From contig CAYVKW010000003.1 in the NCBI GenBank assembly GCA_964452285.1, forward strand, positions 1 through 49,194: a stretch of DNA of 49,194 nucleotides, written 5' to 3'. Each line of letters opens with the position of its first letter. Position 1 is the stretch's first letter. This document shows, one piece after another, positions 7,655-16,091 of the stretch. Source of the stretch: an uncultured Pseudomonadales bacterium. Lineage in GTDB: Bacteria > Patescibacteriota > Microgenomatia > UBA1400 > PJMF01. Under the pieces are notes generated by a model. The model saw only the letters and a list, made by a program, of their open reading frames with translations. It had not been told where the DNA came from and did not search any database. The position numbers and the translations under genes are program-made.

Positions 7655-9130
7655 ATGCCAAAAAAAACCGGCTTCTTTTGTGCTTTTTCTTGTCTTTTTC
7701 TTTTCAATCTTGGTTTTTCTTGTCTATTTTTCCCCTCTCGAACGCAAGCCAAAACTTATACCACTTCCTTGCTCAATCTCGATAACCAACCAATAGAAGC
7801 TCTTTCTTGGACTTTCACTCCTTATCAAGCTAGTGCTTCAGCCACTTTTCAAGTCAATATTAGCTATCCTCAAATTGAGTCTACCACTCCTTCTTGGACA
7901 TCACTTAATCAATTCGCCACTTGCCAAAAACAGCCAACAAAAATTCTTTGTCAATTACCTCTCTCGTCAATTTCAGCTTCTCCCTTTAAACTTCAATTTC
8001 AATATGAAGAAAATTTTGATTTTAATCTCAATTTTCAGCTCGTCCCAGACTTTTCTGAAAACCTTGATTCTACTCAGCAAACCGTCACTTATAGCCCTCT
8101 TAAAAACCTTACCCCCAATTTACTGCCAACTCAACTTTCTTGGCAAGAAAGTTCTCTAGATGAGTTTAATCAGATAGACACTTCTCATAAAAACTTACTC
8201 CTACAATACCGTTCTGCTACAGATGAAGCGCAGCCATGGTCTTCATGGCAAGGCAACTTCAATCTCATCGACCAGTCCTCTCCCTTATCAATTGATGGTA
8301 CCACCAGCGCTCTCCTCATACCCTCTCTCGCTCTTTCTCCCAATCAGCAAAATTTTCTTCATTTACGCTATCTCAATTTCCAACCACAAGCCGATTTTTT
8401 TCTCACTTATTCTGAGGCCAATCAAGAAGCCACTCAGATTGCTGTTTTAGCTGCCCCACTTCAGCTCAGTCAACCAGCTGCAATCGGAAATCAAGAAACA
8501 GACGCTTTTGCCAATACTTCTTTCTATTTAGTCAACAATAGTTCTCTTCATCTTGGCCAAGAAATTATTCTTCAAGAAAATATCAATGGCACTCTTCATC
8601 AGGTTCAAGGAACAATTACTGATTTGAAAGCTTCTACCGGTCTTGTTACTGTCAATGCTTGGACAGGTGTCATTCCTCTCCAAAATCATCAACAATGTCA
8701 AGGCCAAACCTTTTGTTTCTCTTCCGCTGCTCAAGTTTTAACTATTGACGACTTATTTTTACCCTTAACTCACCCTCAAGCATCTGCAATTAAAAACCCC
8801 ACCTTGACTAGCGAAAATCAAGCTCCTCTTAAAATAAAGGTTCTTTCTCTTTCCAGTAATGCCATTACTACTCCTATTTGTTTAGAATCGCAAAATGAAT
8901 TTTGCACTTTATCTGCTCTTAACCTCGATTTTGTCGTTCCTCCCAAATTAATGCAATATCGCTTAATTAATTTTTATCTTGATACTTTGAGTCTAGAAAA
9001 TATTTTTCTTCATCAAGAACCTTTTTCCGTTCCGCTTTCAAATTCTGATTCCACTTCTTCTCATATTAATTACCTCCGACACGGAAAATCCTCCGACGCC
9101 TCTGGTATCGCCAAACCATATTTCTGGTAA
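7655..9130 (+). CDS. Secreted or membrane-anchored hypothetical protein, Q/S/L/T/N-rich
   Basis: 491-aa ORF with an N-terminal hydrophobic signal-like segment (FFCAFSCLFLFNLGFSCLFFPSRTQA). No recognisable domain. Confidence 0.6.
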   Translation: MPKKTGFFCAFSCLFLFNLGFSCLFFPSRTQAKTYTTSLLNLDNQPIEALSWTFTPYQASASATFQVNISYPQIESTTPSWTSLNQFATCQKQPTKILCQLPLSSISASPFKLQFQYEENFDFNLNFQLVPDFSENLDSTQQTVTYSPLKNLTPNLLPTQLSWQESSLDEFNQIDTSHKNLLLQYRSATDEAQPWSSWQGNFNLIDQSSPLSIDGTTSALLIPSLALSPNQQNFLHLRYLNFQPQADFFLTYSEANQEATQIAVLAAPLQLSQPAAIGNQETDAFANTSFYLVNNSSLHLGQEIILQENINGTLHQVQGTITDLKASTGLVTVNAWTGVIPLQNHQQCQGQTFCFSSAAQVLTIDDLFLPLTHPQASAIKNPTLTSENQAPLKIKVLSLSSNAITTPICLESQNEFCTLSALNLDFVVPPKLMQYRLINFYLDTLSLENIFLHQEPFSVPLSNSDSTSSHINYLRHGKSSDASGIAKPYFW

Positions 9131-9279
9131 GCAATTTTCCCGCCCCTTCTTCGCCTTTTCTTCGCTTTTTGCCCAACCAAACCCTTGACATTCTCCTCAA
9201 ACCCTGCTATTTTGGTAAAAATAACAAACCATCTCAAAAGATTAACTTTTGTGATAAAAGAGCAAAAAGAAAGGCTAAA

Positions 9280-9558
9280 ATGAACAAAGTCATTAATATC
9301 GACGAGCAACCAGTGGTTAAGATTAAAAAATCTGGTACCGTTCAAGAGGCAGTTAAATTAGATATCACTAATTTACCAGACTTACTCACCGTCAAAGAAG
9401 TTGCCAGCCTTCTTCGTGTGTCTCCACTCACCGTCAAACGTTGGGGCGCGCGCGGCAAATTACCTGCTATCCGCATTAATTCTCGAGGCGATCGTCGCTA
9501 CAAAAAAGAAGCAGTCATGTGGCTTTTGGGTATGGATCTCAACGACGAAGACGAATAA
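9280..9558 (+). CDS. Small excisionase/MerR-type helix-turn-helix DNA-binding protein
   Basis: HTH_17-like segment LLTVKEVASLLRVSPLTVKRWGARGKLPAIRINSRGDRRYKKEAV. I trimmed the ORF-track start (9169) to the internal ATG at 9280 (MNKVINIDEQ...), which follows a purine-rich tract (aaagaaagg). Confidence 0.65.
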   Translation: MNKVINIDEQPVVKIKKSGTVQEAVKLDITNLPDLLTVKEVASLLRVSPLTVKRWGARGKLPAIRINSRGDRRYKKEAVMWLLGMDLNDEDE

Positions 9559-9559
9559 A

Positions 9560-10294
9560 TTATCTTATTTTTTTCGTTAAAACTAACCAAGCAAATTGCG
9601 GCAACACTAGTTGCCGCTTTGCTCTTTGCGGCTCCTGTAATAGGCGCCACAACCATTCTAAGCGCGCTTTTTGCCAGCTATATGGCGCGCGCTTCAGCTT
9701 CCCAGTCAAAAAGTCAAAACTACCTCCTACTACCATTGCCAAATGCGTTCCATTTTGTTTCAATAATTCTTTATGTTCGATTAACCATTTTTCCTGTTCT
9801 GGCGCACCAAAAGCCACTAAAACTACTTCTGGTTTCAATTTTTCAATCGTTTCCTTTAGTTTTTTTTCCTCTTCATTAGTTTTTTTTCTCACGTTTTTAT
9901 AAGCACTGGCATAGTTAATCGTCACTCTTTGTTTTTGCAATCGCAGTTTTAACTCATTGTTTTCATCTGCTTGATAACGACCACCGATTAAAAGGACTTT
10001 TTTCTTTTCTTCTTTTACCAAAGACAAAATTTCTTTCACTGTATCAGAGCCAGTCAGTCTTTCTTTCAATTTTGCCGCCCAAATTAGCCCTTCACCGTCT
10101 GGTATTAGCCAATCTGCTTTTTGCAGATTGGCCAAAAACATTTCATCTCTCCGCGCTCGCATAATTTGCTCAGGATTCGGAGTCATAATTATCGTCAATT
10201 GCTCGCGCCTCATCATTTCTTTCAATTCTTCTTGCCATTGTTGCCAGCTTTCATTCACTATCTTCAAACCAAAAAAAGTCTTCGTTTTTAGCAT
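9560..10294 (-). CDS. WecG/TagA/CpsF-family glycosyltransferase
   Basis: Family motifs LIPDGEGLIWAAKL, VLVAFGAPEQEKWL and VGGSFDFLTGKLKRAPYSWQKARLEWLWRLLQEPQRAKR. Confidence 0.85.
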   Translation of the reverse strand: MLKTKTFFGLKIVNESWQQWQEELKEMMRREQLTIIMTPNPEQIMRARRDEMFLANLQKADWLIPDGEGLIWAAKLKERLTGSDTVKEILSLVKEEKKKVLLIGGRYQADENNELKLRLQKQRVTINYASAYKNVRKKTNEEEKKLKETIEKLKPEVVLVAFGAPEQEKWLIEHKELLKQNGTHLAMVVGGSFDFLTGKLKRAPYSWQKARLEWLWRLLQEPQRAKRQLVLPQFAWLVLTKKIR

Positions 10295-10340
10295 CTTTCA
10301 TCAATAATATCATATTTTTCCGCTATAATAAGAGTGTTTT

Positions 10341-11735
10341 ATGAATTATCACGCCTTACAAAAAAAGCACCCTCTTTTTCACTACCAAAGTTTTTCCTTT
10401 TCTCTAGTTGAGACAGAAACAAATTTAACCGATTTGCTTTGTACTTTCACTTATCAATTGGAAAACGGCCCCACCTTTACTCATCGAGTACACTACCATC
10501 AAATTGATCCTGATATTTTCCGCCATCAAGACTCCACTCTCCTCAATCAGCTTGTTTTTCACCTTGGTTTAGTCGAAGCTCTTTCTTATTGGAAACTTGC
10601 CGCTTCCCCCACTTTTATCATTCATTGTGGCACTCTTAATCAAACTCAAATTTCTTGGTGGCAAGATTTGCTCGTCAATGGCATGGGGGAATATTTTTAC
10701 GTTAATCAAATCGACGATTTCCTTCAACATCCGCCCGCCTTTGAAATTGCTAAGCCAAATGATTTTTCTCAAACTCCAGCTTTTTCTGCTTATAAAAATC
10801 ATCAGCATTCTCTCACCGCTTTGGGTATTGGCGGCGGCAAAGATTCAGCCGTCATGCTCTCCTTTTTTCAAAAAAACCAACTTCCTTTTGTCAATCTTAT
10901 TTTGCAGCCCGCTTCTCCCGCCGCCACTAAAATGGCCCATCTCAACCAAAAGCCCACTCACTTTATTAGCCGTCAATTTGACCCTCAATTATTTGCTCTC
11001 AATTCACAAAATTATTTAAACGGACATGTGCCCTTCAGCGCTATTTTCGCTTTTATCAGTTTACTCGCTGGCGTTCTTTACGACTTCGATTTCATCGCCG
11101 TCGGCAACGAAAATAGCGCCAATCAACCCAGCCTTAATTGGCACGATTTTCATATTAATCATCAATTTTCTAAGAGCACAAAATTTGAACAATCATTTAG
11201 AGAGTACAGTTCACATTATTTAATCGACAATGTTGAATATTACTCGCTTATCCGTCCATTTAGTGAGATTAAAATTGCACAATTATTTTGTACAAACCCA
11301 CAATTTTTCTCAATTTTTAAATCTTGCAATCGTTTCCAACAGAAAGACGCTTGGTGTGAAAAATGTCCCAAATGCCTTTTTGTTTTTCTCATTCTTTCTC
11401 CGTTTTTAGACACGCATACTCTCACTTCTCAAATCTTTTCTCATCAACTTTTTGACGACTTAGAACTTCTACCTATTTTTAAGCAACTCTTAGGTTTTGC
11501 TCCCACCAAACCTTTGGAGTGTATTGGTACCATTGAAGAATCTCAATTAGCCGTTTATCTTACTATCAAAAAATATAAACAGCAGCAGCAAAGTTTACCT
11601 CCTCTTTTAGCCGCTATCGCGCCCGCTCTTGCCGATCTTAATGTCGATTGGCAAAAACGCGCCCAAGACCTCCTTCACACTCAAACTTCTAGCTTTTTGC
11701 CCCCATCAATTCAAACTCTTATTAGCAATAATTAG
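10341..11735 (+). CDS. PP-loop ATP-pyrophosphatase-superfamily protein; candidate MurL-type UDP-MurNAc-L-Ala-L-Glu epimerase (hypothesis)
   Basis: 464 aa. SGGKDS-type PP-loop (LGIGGGKDSAV) near aa 165. C-terminal cysteine motif WCEKCPKCLF. It ends 13 nt before murD on the same strand. The MurL assignment rests on gene context plus the ATP-dependent chemistry expected for that enzyme, not on a sequence match I can verify. Confidence 0.45.
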   Translation: MNYHALQKKHPLFHYQSFSFSLVETETNLTDLLCTFTYQLENGPTFTHRVHYHQIDPDIFRHQDSTLLNQLVFHLGLVEALSYWKLAASPTFIIHCGTLNQTQISWWQDLLVNGMGEYFYVNQIDDFLQHPPAFEIAKPNDFSQTPAFSAYKNHQHSLTALGIGGGKDSAVMLSFFQKNQLPFVNLILQPASPAATKMAHLNQKPTHFISRQFDPQLFALNSQNYLNGHVPFSAIFAFISLLAGVLYDFDFIAVGNENSANQPSLNWHDFHINHQFSKSTKFEQSFREYSSHYLIDNVEYYSLIRPFSEIKIAQLFCTNPQFFSIFKSCNRFQQKDAWCEKCPKCLFVFLILSPFLDTHTLTSQIFSHQLFDDLELLPIFKQLLGFAPTKPLECIGTIEESQLAVYLTIKKYKQQQQSLPPLLAAIAPALADLNVDWQKRAQDLLHTQTSSFLPPSIQTLISNN

Positions 11736-11748
11736 ATTAATACAATTT

Positions 11749-13179
11749 ATGTCTCTTACCAAAACTCAACAAAGACAATTAGATTCTCTTTCTCACCAAA
11801 AAATTCTTATTTTAGGCGCCGGTCGAGAAGGCCTTTCCACTTATCGTTTTCTCCGCCGTCATCTTCCTCAGCAACTTCTCACAATTGCTGACCATAATTA
11901 TCGGCATCAGCTTCAAACTGCTTGGCAAGATGCTTTTCGCTGTGATAATCAGCTCCGTTTTCTTTGCGGTCCCACCCAATATCTCAAGCATTTGTCAGAC
12001 TTTGATCTTATCTTTCGTACTCCAGGTATTCCTCTTACTCTTCCAGAGATTATTCACGCTCGCCAACTCGGCACCACTTTCACCTCCAATACCCAGCTCT
12101 TTTTTCAGTTGGCTCGCGGCACCACTATCGGCGTCACCGGCACCAAAGGCAAAAGCACCACTAGCAGTCTTATTGCTCATCTTCTCAAAACCGCCGGTCT
12201 CAAAACTCAGCTGGTCGGCAATATTGGTTTACCTCCTTTGGATTATTTAGAAGAGCTAGGCTCCCGTACTTATACCGTTCTTGAACTCTCCGCCCACCAA
12301 TTGCAAGATCTCCATTCCAGCCCGCATTACGCCGTTGTTCAAAACATTACTAGCGAGCATTTAGACTATTATAAAAACACTGCCACTTATATCGAAGCCA
12401 AAACCAATATTGTTCGTTGGCAAAAAAAATCAGACTTTATTATTTACAGCGATGATTTCTCCACCTCCAAAACTTTTGCTCAACTCACTCCGGCTCATCA
12501 GCTCATCTTTGGTCTCAAAGACGCTCCTTCTCATCTTGCTTTTGCCAAAAACCATGCCATTTTTTACCGTTCATCTCATTTACCTTTCCCAGAATCCGTT
12601 GTTGATCTCAAAAAAGTTAAACTGCTTGGCCAACACAATCTTTACAATCTCATGCCTGCCGTCATTATCGCTAAGCAATTAGGTATCAGCAATCAACAGT
12701 TAGCTACAGCTTTATACAGTTTTACCCCATTAAGACACCGTTTAGAATATGTTGCTACAATAAATGACGTTTCCTACTACAACGATTCACTTTCCACTAC
12801 GCCAGTGGCCGCCGCCGCCGCTCTCAAAACTTTTTCCTCTCAACCAATCATTCTTCTCGCCGGCGGCCACGAGCGTCACCAAGATTTCACTTACTTTGCC
12901 AAACAAATACTTAAGCAACCAGTCAAAGCCGTTCTTCTTTTTGCTCCCACCGGCAAACGCCTCAAACGTACCCTTATCGATTTAGCTATTCAAAAAAAAG
13001 CTCTCGTTCCTCAATTTTATGACGTCGAAGATATGACTACCGCCATTGCTTTAGCCGCCAGACTCTCTCAACCTCAAGACTTAGTTTTACTCAGTCCTGC
13101 CGCTGCTAGTTTTGGCATTTTCAAAGATTATGCCGACAGAGGCGATCAGTTTTGCCATGCGGTCAAAAATTTGTTATAA
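11749..13179 (+). CDS. murD: UDP-N-acetylmuramoyl-L-alanine--glutamate ligase (MurD family; D-Glu versus L-Glu specificity undetermined)
   Basis: Rossmann-type N-terminus (ILILGAGREGLS). Mur ligase P-loop GVTGTKGKSTTSSLIAHLL. NITSEHLDYY. C-terminal LLSPAAASFGIFKDYADRGDQF. Start trimmed from 11629 to the ATG at 11749 (MSLTKTQ...), just after the upstream stop at 11733-11735. Confidence 0.9.
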   Translation: MSLTKTQQRQLDSLSHQKILILGAGREGLSTYRFLRRHLPQQLLTIADHNYRHQLQTAWQDAFRCDNQLRFLCGPTQYLKHLSDFDLIFRTPGIPLTLPEIIHARQLGTTFTSNTQLFFQLARGTTIGVTGTKGKSTTSSLIAHLLKTAGLKTQLVGNIGLPPLDYLEELGSRTYTVLELSAHQLQDLHSSPHYAVVQNITSEHLDYYKNTATYIEAKTNIVRWQKKSDFIIYSDDFSTSKTFAQLTPAHQLIFGLKDAPSHLAFAKNHAIFYRSSHLPFPESVVDLKKVKLLGQHNLYNLMPAVIIAKQLGISNQQLATALYSFTPLRHRLEYVATINDVSYYNDSLSTTPVAAAAALKTFSSQPIILLAGGHERHQDFTYFAKQILKQPVKAVLLFAPTGKRLKRTLIDLAIQKKALVPQFYDVEDMTTAIALAARLSQPQDLVLLSPAAASFGIFKDYADRGDQFCHAVKNLL

Positions 13180-13180
13180 T
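13172..13180 (+). promoter_or_regulatory. Extended -10 promoter (TGTTATAAT) overlapping the murD stop, 10 nt upstream of the ATG at 13191
   Basis: ttgttataat read directly. TATAAT at 13175-13180 contains the murD TAA (13177-13179). Confidence 0.45.
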
Positions 13181-13190
13181 CATCTGACTT

Positions 13191-14621
13191 ATGAATAAAA
13201 AATCACTCAAACAAACCAAGAAGAATTCCCAAGCTCTCCCTTCTTCTGATAGCTCTACTAATCAAAAATCATCCATCGACCTTCCAGAACACTCTCGTAT
13301 TCAAAACTGGGCCGGTATCATTTATACCCTCGTTTCCGCTTGTATTATTATCGCTGGCTCTTATCTTGCTATTCGCTGGGCCAAAGGCGATTTTCGTATC
13401 GACGAAAGTAATCAGTCAGTATCCAAAGAAACTGGTCTACTTCACGCCACCTCCACTCCTCAGGGCGCCCAAGTTTACATTAATGGCAATCTCACTTCTG
13501 CTACCGATGATATTTTGTACCTTTCTCCTGGAGAATATGATGTCGTCATCAAAAAAGACGGCTATAGCCCTTGGCAAAAAACCGTTAAAATCGAACAGGC
13601 TCTTGTCACTCAAGCCAGTGCCACTCTTTACCCTTATTCTCCTAGCTTAACCAGCATCACTTATACTGGCGCTCAAAATCTTTCCATCTCACCAGACAAT
13701 CAAAAACTTCTTTATTTTGTTGACGCCAACAGCGCCGACAATAAAAACGGCCTTTATATTCTCGATCTCGCCAATACCAGTAAAAATCCTCAGCAAATTT
13801 CTGACAACGACAGCAATTATGATCTTTCTCAGGCTTACTTCATCTGGTCTTCAGACAGCAGCGAAGTTTTAGTTTTTACTCCTAGTCGTATTTTCCTTTT
13901 GAAAACAAATTCCTTTACCAATCTCCAAAGTTCTCCAGACGTCAGTTTGCAACTCACCACTATTCTCAATGCTTGGGAAGCAGATTTAGCCGTCAAAGAA
14001 AAACAATATCTTGATCAGTTACCCATTGCCGCTCTCCAAACCATTCTCCAAAACGGCAACAATTTTTATCTTTCTTCAGATCATCAGAAACTCATTTATA
14101 CTGCCACCAGTAGTGCCTCTTTAGCAGACAATTTCATTGCGCCCCTCCCTGCTTCCAATAATTATCCTGAACAACGTCAGCTCGCTCCTAATGGTATTTT
14201 TATTTACGATGGTTACGAAGATAAGAATTTCCTTATCAATCAAGAAGCTTCTGCTAGCAGCACTTATAAGCATCTTTTAGCCGATGTCAATGATTTTATC
14301 ATCAACGCTCCACCTTTGACTTTATCTTACTCTCTTCAAGGAGATACTCAAGAAGAGACGATTGCCAACTTTGGTCGTTATTACGGCGGTTACGCCGTTC
14401 AAGCTTGGCAATGGTTACCAGACTCTACCCATTTAGTTGGTATTCAAGATGATAAAATCGTCATCATTAACTATGACGGCACCAATCCCACTGTGGTTTA
14501 TTCTGGTCCTTTAGCTGAGAAATTCGTCGTTCCATCTCCAGACGGCAACCGTATTTTTATTCTCACTTCATTCAATCCAGATTCACCAGCCAATATTTAC
14601 GCCATTGAGTTAAGCAAATAA
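13191..14621 (+). CDS. Membrane-anchored PEGA-domain protein with a TolB-like beta-propeller region
   Basis: TM helix (WAGIIYTLVSACIIIAGSYLAI). PEGA-like segment (TPQGAQVYINGNLTS...LSPGEYDVVIKKDGYSPWQKTVKI). Repeated PD40-like strands (SISPDNQKLLYF, SSDHQKLIYTA, PSPDGNRIFILT). Confidence 0.7.
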   Translation: MNKKSLKQTKKNSQALPSSDSSTNQKSSIDLPEHSRIQNWAGIIYTLVSACIIIAGSYLAIRWAKGDFRIDESNQSVSKETGLLHATSTPQGAQVYINGNLTSATDDILYLSPGEYDVVIKKDGYSPWQKTVKIEQALVTQASATLYPYSPSLTSITYTGAQNLSISPDNQKLLYFVDANSADNKNGLYILDLANTSKNPQQISDNDSNYDLSQAYFIWSSDSSEVLVFTPSRIFLLKTNSFTNLQSSPDVSLQLTTILNAWEADLAVKEKQYLDQLPIAALQTILQNGNNFYLSSDHQKLIYTATSSASLADNFIAPLPASNNYPEQRQLAPNGIFIYDGYEDKNFLINQEASASSTYKHLLADVNDFIINAPPLTLSYSLQGDTQEETIANFGRYYGGYAVQAWQWLPDSTHLVGIQDDKIVIINYDGTNPTVVYSGPLAEKFVVPSPDGNRIFILTSFNPDSPANIYAIELSK

Positions 14622-14623
14622 AT

Positions 14624-15310
14624 TTAAACTTTTTTTGTACACAAAAACCAACTTTGACAAGTTAGATTCTCTGGATTTGCTTCTCTTCTCATTATTCCTT
14701 CACAAGTCGTCGGCGCACCTACTACGGCATCTTTCCCCGGCTCCCAGTTTGCCGGCGTTGACACTTGCTTTTCATCCGTCAATTGCAATGCTTCCACAAT
14801 TCTTTTTATTTCCATCATATTTCTTCCTGTTGTCAACGGATAATACAAAATTGCCCGAATTATTCCCTTGGGATCAATTATAAATACCGCTCTCACTGCT
14901 TTAGTTGAAGATTCCTTCTCTTGAATCATTCCATACTTTTTAGCGACTTCCATTGTTATATCTTCAATCAAAGGAAATTCAAAACACTCTCCGTCGTATC
15001 CATCAAAGCGCACTGTTTCCTTCAGTGTCTTTAACCATGCTAAATGAGAAAACAAACTATCAATTGATAAGCCCACAAGCTGGACATTCAGCTTCTCCCA
15101 CTCTGTTTGCATTTTGGCAAATGCCATAAATTCTGTCGAGCAGACAGGAGTAAAATCAGCAGGATGAGAAAAAAATACTATCCATTTTCCTTGAAAATCC
15201 ATAGGAAAATTAATTTCTCCATGAGTCGTAATCGCCTTAAATTCAGGCGCGTTCTCTCCAATCAGAGGTAAATGTTCACACTTACATATTAATGAATTTT
15301 GTTCTTCCAT
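14624..15310 (-). CDS. Peroxiredoxin (Prx6/1-Cys-like)
   Basis: Active-site motif FFSHPADFTPVCSTE and the overall thioredoxin-fold pattern. 228 aa. Confidence 0.88.
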   Translation of the reverse strand: MEEQNSLICKCEHLPLIGENAPEFKAITTHGEINFPMDFQGKWIVFFSHPADFTPVCSTEFMAFAKMQTEWEKLNVQLVGLSIDSLFSHLAWLKTLKETVRFDGYDGECFEFPLIEDITMEVAKKYGMIQEKESSTKAVRAVFIIDPKGIIRAILYYPLTTGRNMMEIKRIVEALQLTDEKQVSTPANWEPGKDAVVGAPTTCEGIMRREANPENLTCQSWFLCTKKV

Positions 15311-15381
15311 GTAGACCTTTCTTTACTCTTTCATTAGTCTAATGGAAATTTACACAATTCTTTGATCAAGAAAAACTCAAG

Positions 15382-15454
15382 TCGGAGTGACAGGGCTCGA
15401 ACCTGCGACCTCTGCGTTCCGAACACAGCGCGCTACCATCTGCGCCACACTCCG
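15382..15454 (-). tRNA. tRNA-Pro (anticodon CGG)
   Basis: Manual cloverleaf on the minus strand: CGGAGTG TG GCGC AGATGGTA GCGC G CTGTG TTCGGAA CGCAG AGGTC GCAGG TTCGAGC CCTGT CACTCCG A. The acceptor and D stems are perfect and the T-loop is canonical. Position 37 is A rather than the G usual for tRNA-Pro. No encoded CCA. Confidence 0.88.
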
Positions 15455-15488
15455 TTGCTCATATTATACCGCATTCCTTGTCATTTTG

Positions 15489-15560
15489 TGCTCCCACCAG
15501 GAGTCGGACCTGGATTTGCCGCTTAGGAGGCAGCCGTTCTATCCGTTTAACTACAGGAGC
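15489..15560 (-). tRNA. tRNA-Arg (anticodon CCT) with a non-canonical T-loop
   Basis: Minus strand: GCTCCTG TA GTTA AACGGATA GAAC G GCTGC CTCCTAA GCGGC AAAT CCAGG TCCGACT CCTGG TGGGAGC A. The cloverleaf folds, with two G-U pairs at the base of the acceptor stem. The T-loop reads TCCGACT, so C replaces the near-universal U55. Its 5' 14 nt overlap the NUDIX CDS. Confidence 0.72.
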
Positions 15561-16011
15561 TATAAAATTCTTGCCACAATTTTTTTACCGTCTTGAAATC
15601 TTTGTCAAAATAAGAATGTCTCTCTTTTGGTAAATTTGTAATTGAAAACCATTGTCCATCCGTAAATTTTTCTGGTTCATTTAATTTCACTTCTGCTGGA
15701 TCTACCAACACTAAATAGGTCAAAATCAGCCAATGGGTTTTTTTACCATTATTTACGCGAATTGCATTTACTATGCCGCCTTGGCGGCATTGCAGTAACT
15801 CACAGCCGTATTCCTCTCGCAATTCGCGTCGCACACATTCTTCTGGAGTTTCTCCAAATTTTATTGCCCCACCACAATTATCCCATTTCCCCCATTCGTC
15901 TCGACATTTTTCACTTCTACGATTCAAAAATACCTTCCCTTTTCCATCATGACAGATAGCGCAAGTCCCTACGCCCACAAAATCTACTCCTGGTTCGTTT
16001 ATCTCTTTCAT
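15547..16011 (-). CDS. NUDIX hydrolase
   Basis: Nudix box GGAIKFGETPEECVRRELREEYG (GX5EX7REUXEEXGU). 154 aa. Flanked directly by tRNA genes. Confidence 0.88.
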   Translation of the reverse strand: MKEINEPGVDFVGVGTCAICHDGKGKVFLNRRSEKCRDEWGKWDNCGGAIKFGETPEECVRRELREEYGCELLQCRQGGIVNAIRVNNGKKTHWLILTYLVLVDPAEVKLNEPEKFTDGQWFSITNLPKERHSYFDKDFKTVKKLWQEFYSSCS

Positions 16012-16015
16012 TAAG

Positions 16016-16087
16016 TGCTTTCGGCGGGAATCGAACCCGCATCAAAGGTTCCGGAAACCTCCGTGCTATCCATTGCACCACGAAAGC
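16016..16087 (-). tRNA. tRNA-Arg (anticodon CCG)
   Basis: Minus strand: GCTTTCG TG GTGC AATGGATA GCAC G GAGGT TTCCGGA ACCTT TGAT GCGGG TTCGATT CCCGC CGAAAGC A. Canonical T-loop. No encoded CCA. Confidence 0.92.
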
Positions 16088-16091
16088 TCAG

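Noticed and set aside
9280-9558. Integrative or conjugative element or prophage, suggested by the excisionase-type HTH together with the VirD4/HerA-like ATPase and a tail-fibre-like protein
   Set aside because: The HTH gene is 22 kb from the ATPase. There is no integrase, relaxase, VirB4, capsid, terminase or att-like repeat at the tRNAs. Housekeeping genes are interspersed throughout.
9519-9902. + strand ORFs 9519-9902 and 9619-9879 opposite the TagA/WecG gene. The same applies to the many 60-140-aa ORFs antisense to comEC, argS, obg, rho, radA, the 24283 gene and others.
   Set aside because: Each overlaps a longer ORF with clear family motifs. Their Phe/Leu/Ser-rich or Lys-rich composition is what the strand skew produces in any open frame.
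11629-11748. N-terminal extensions in the ORF track: murD from 11629, the ATPase from 35250, radA from 39003, the HTH from 9169 and the last gene from 48092
   Set aside because: The extensions overlap the preceding gene or encode implausible peptides. Internal ATGs at 11749, 35274, 38964, 9280 and 48137 sit just after upstream stops and give canonical N-termini.
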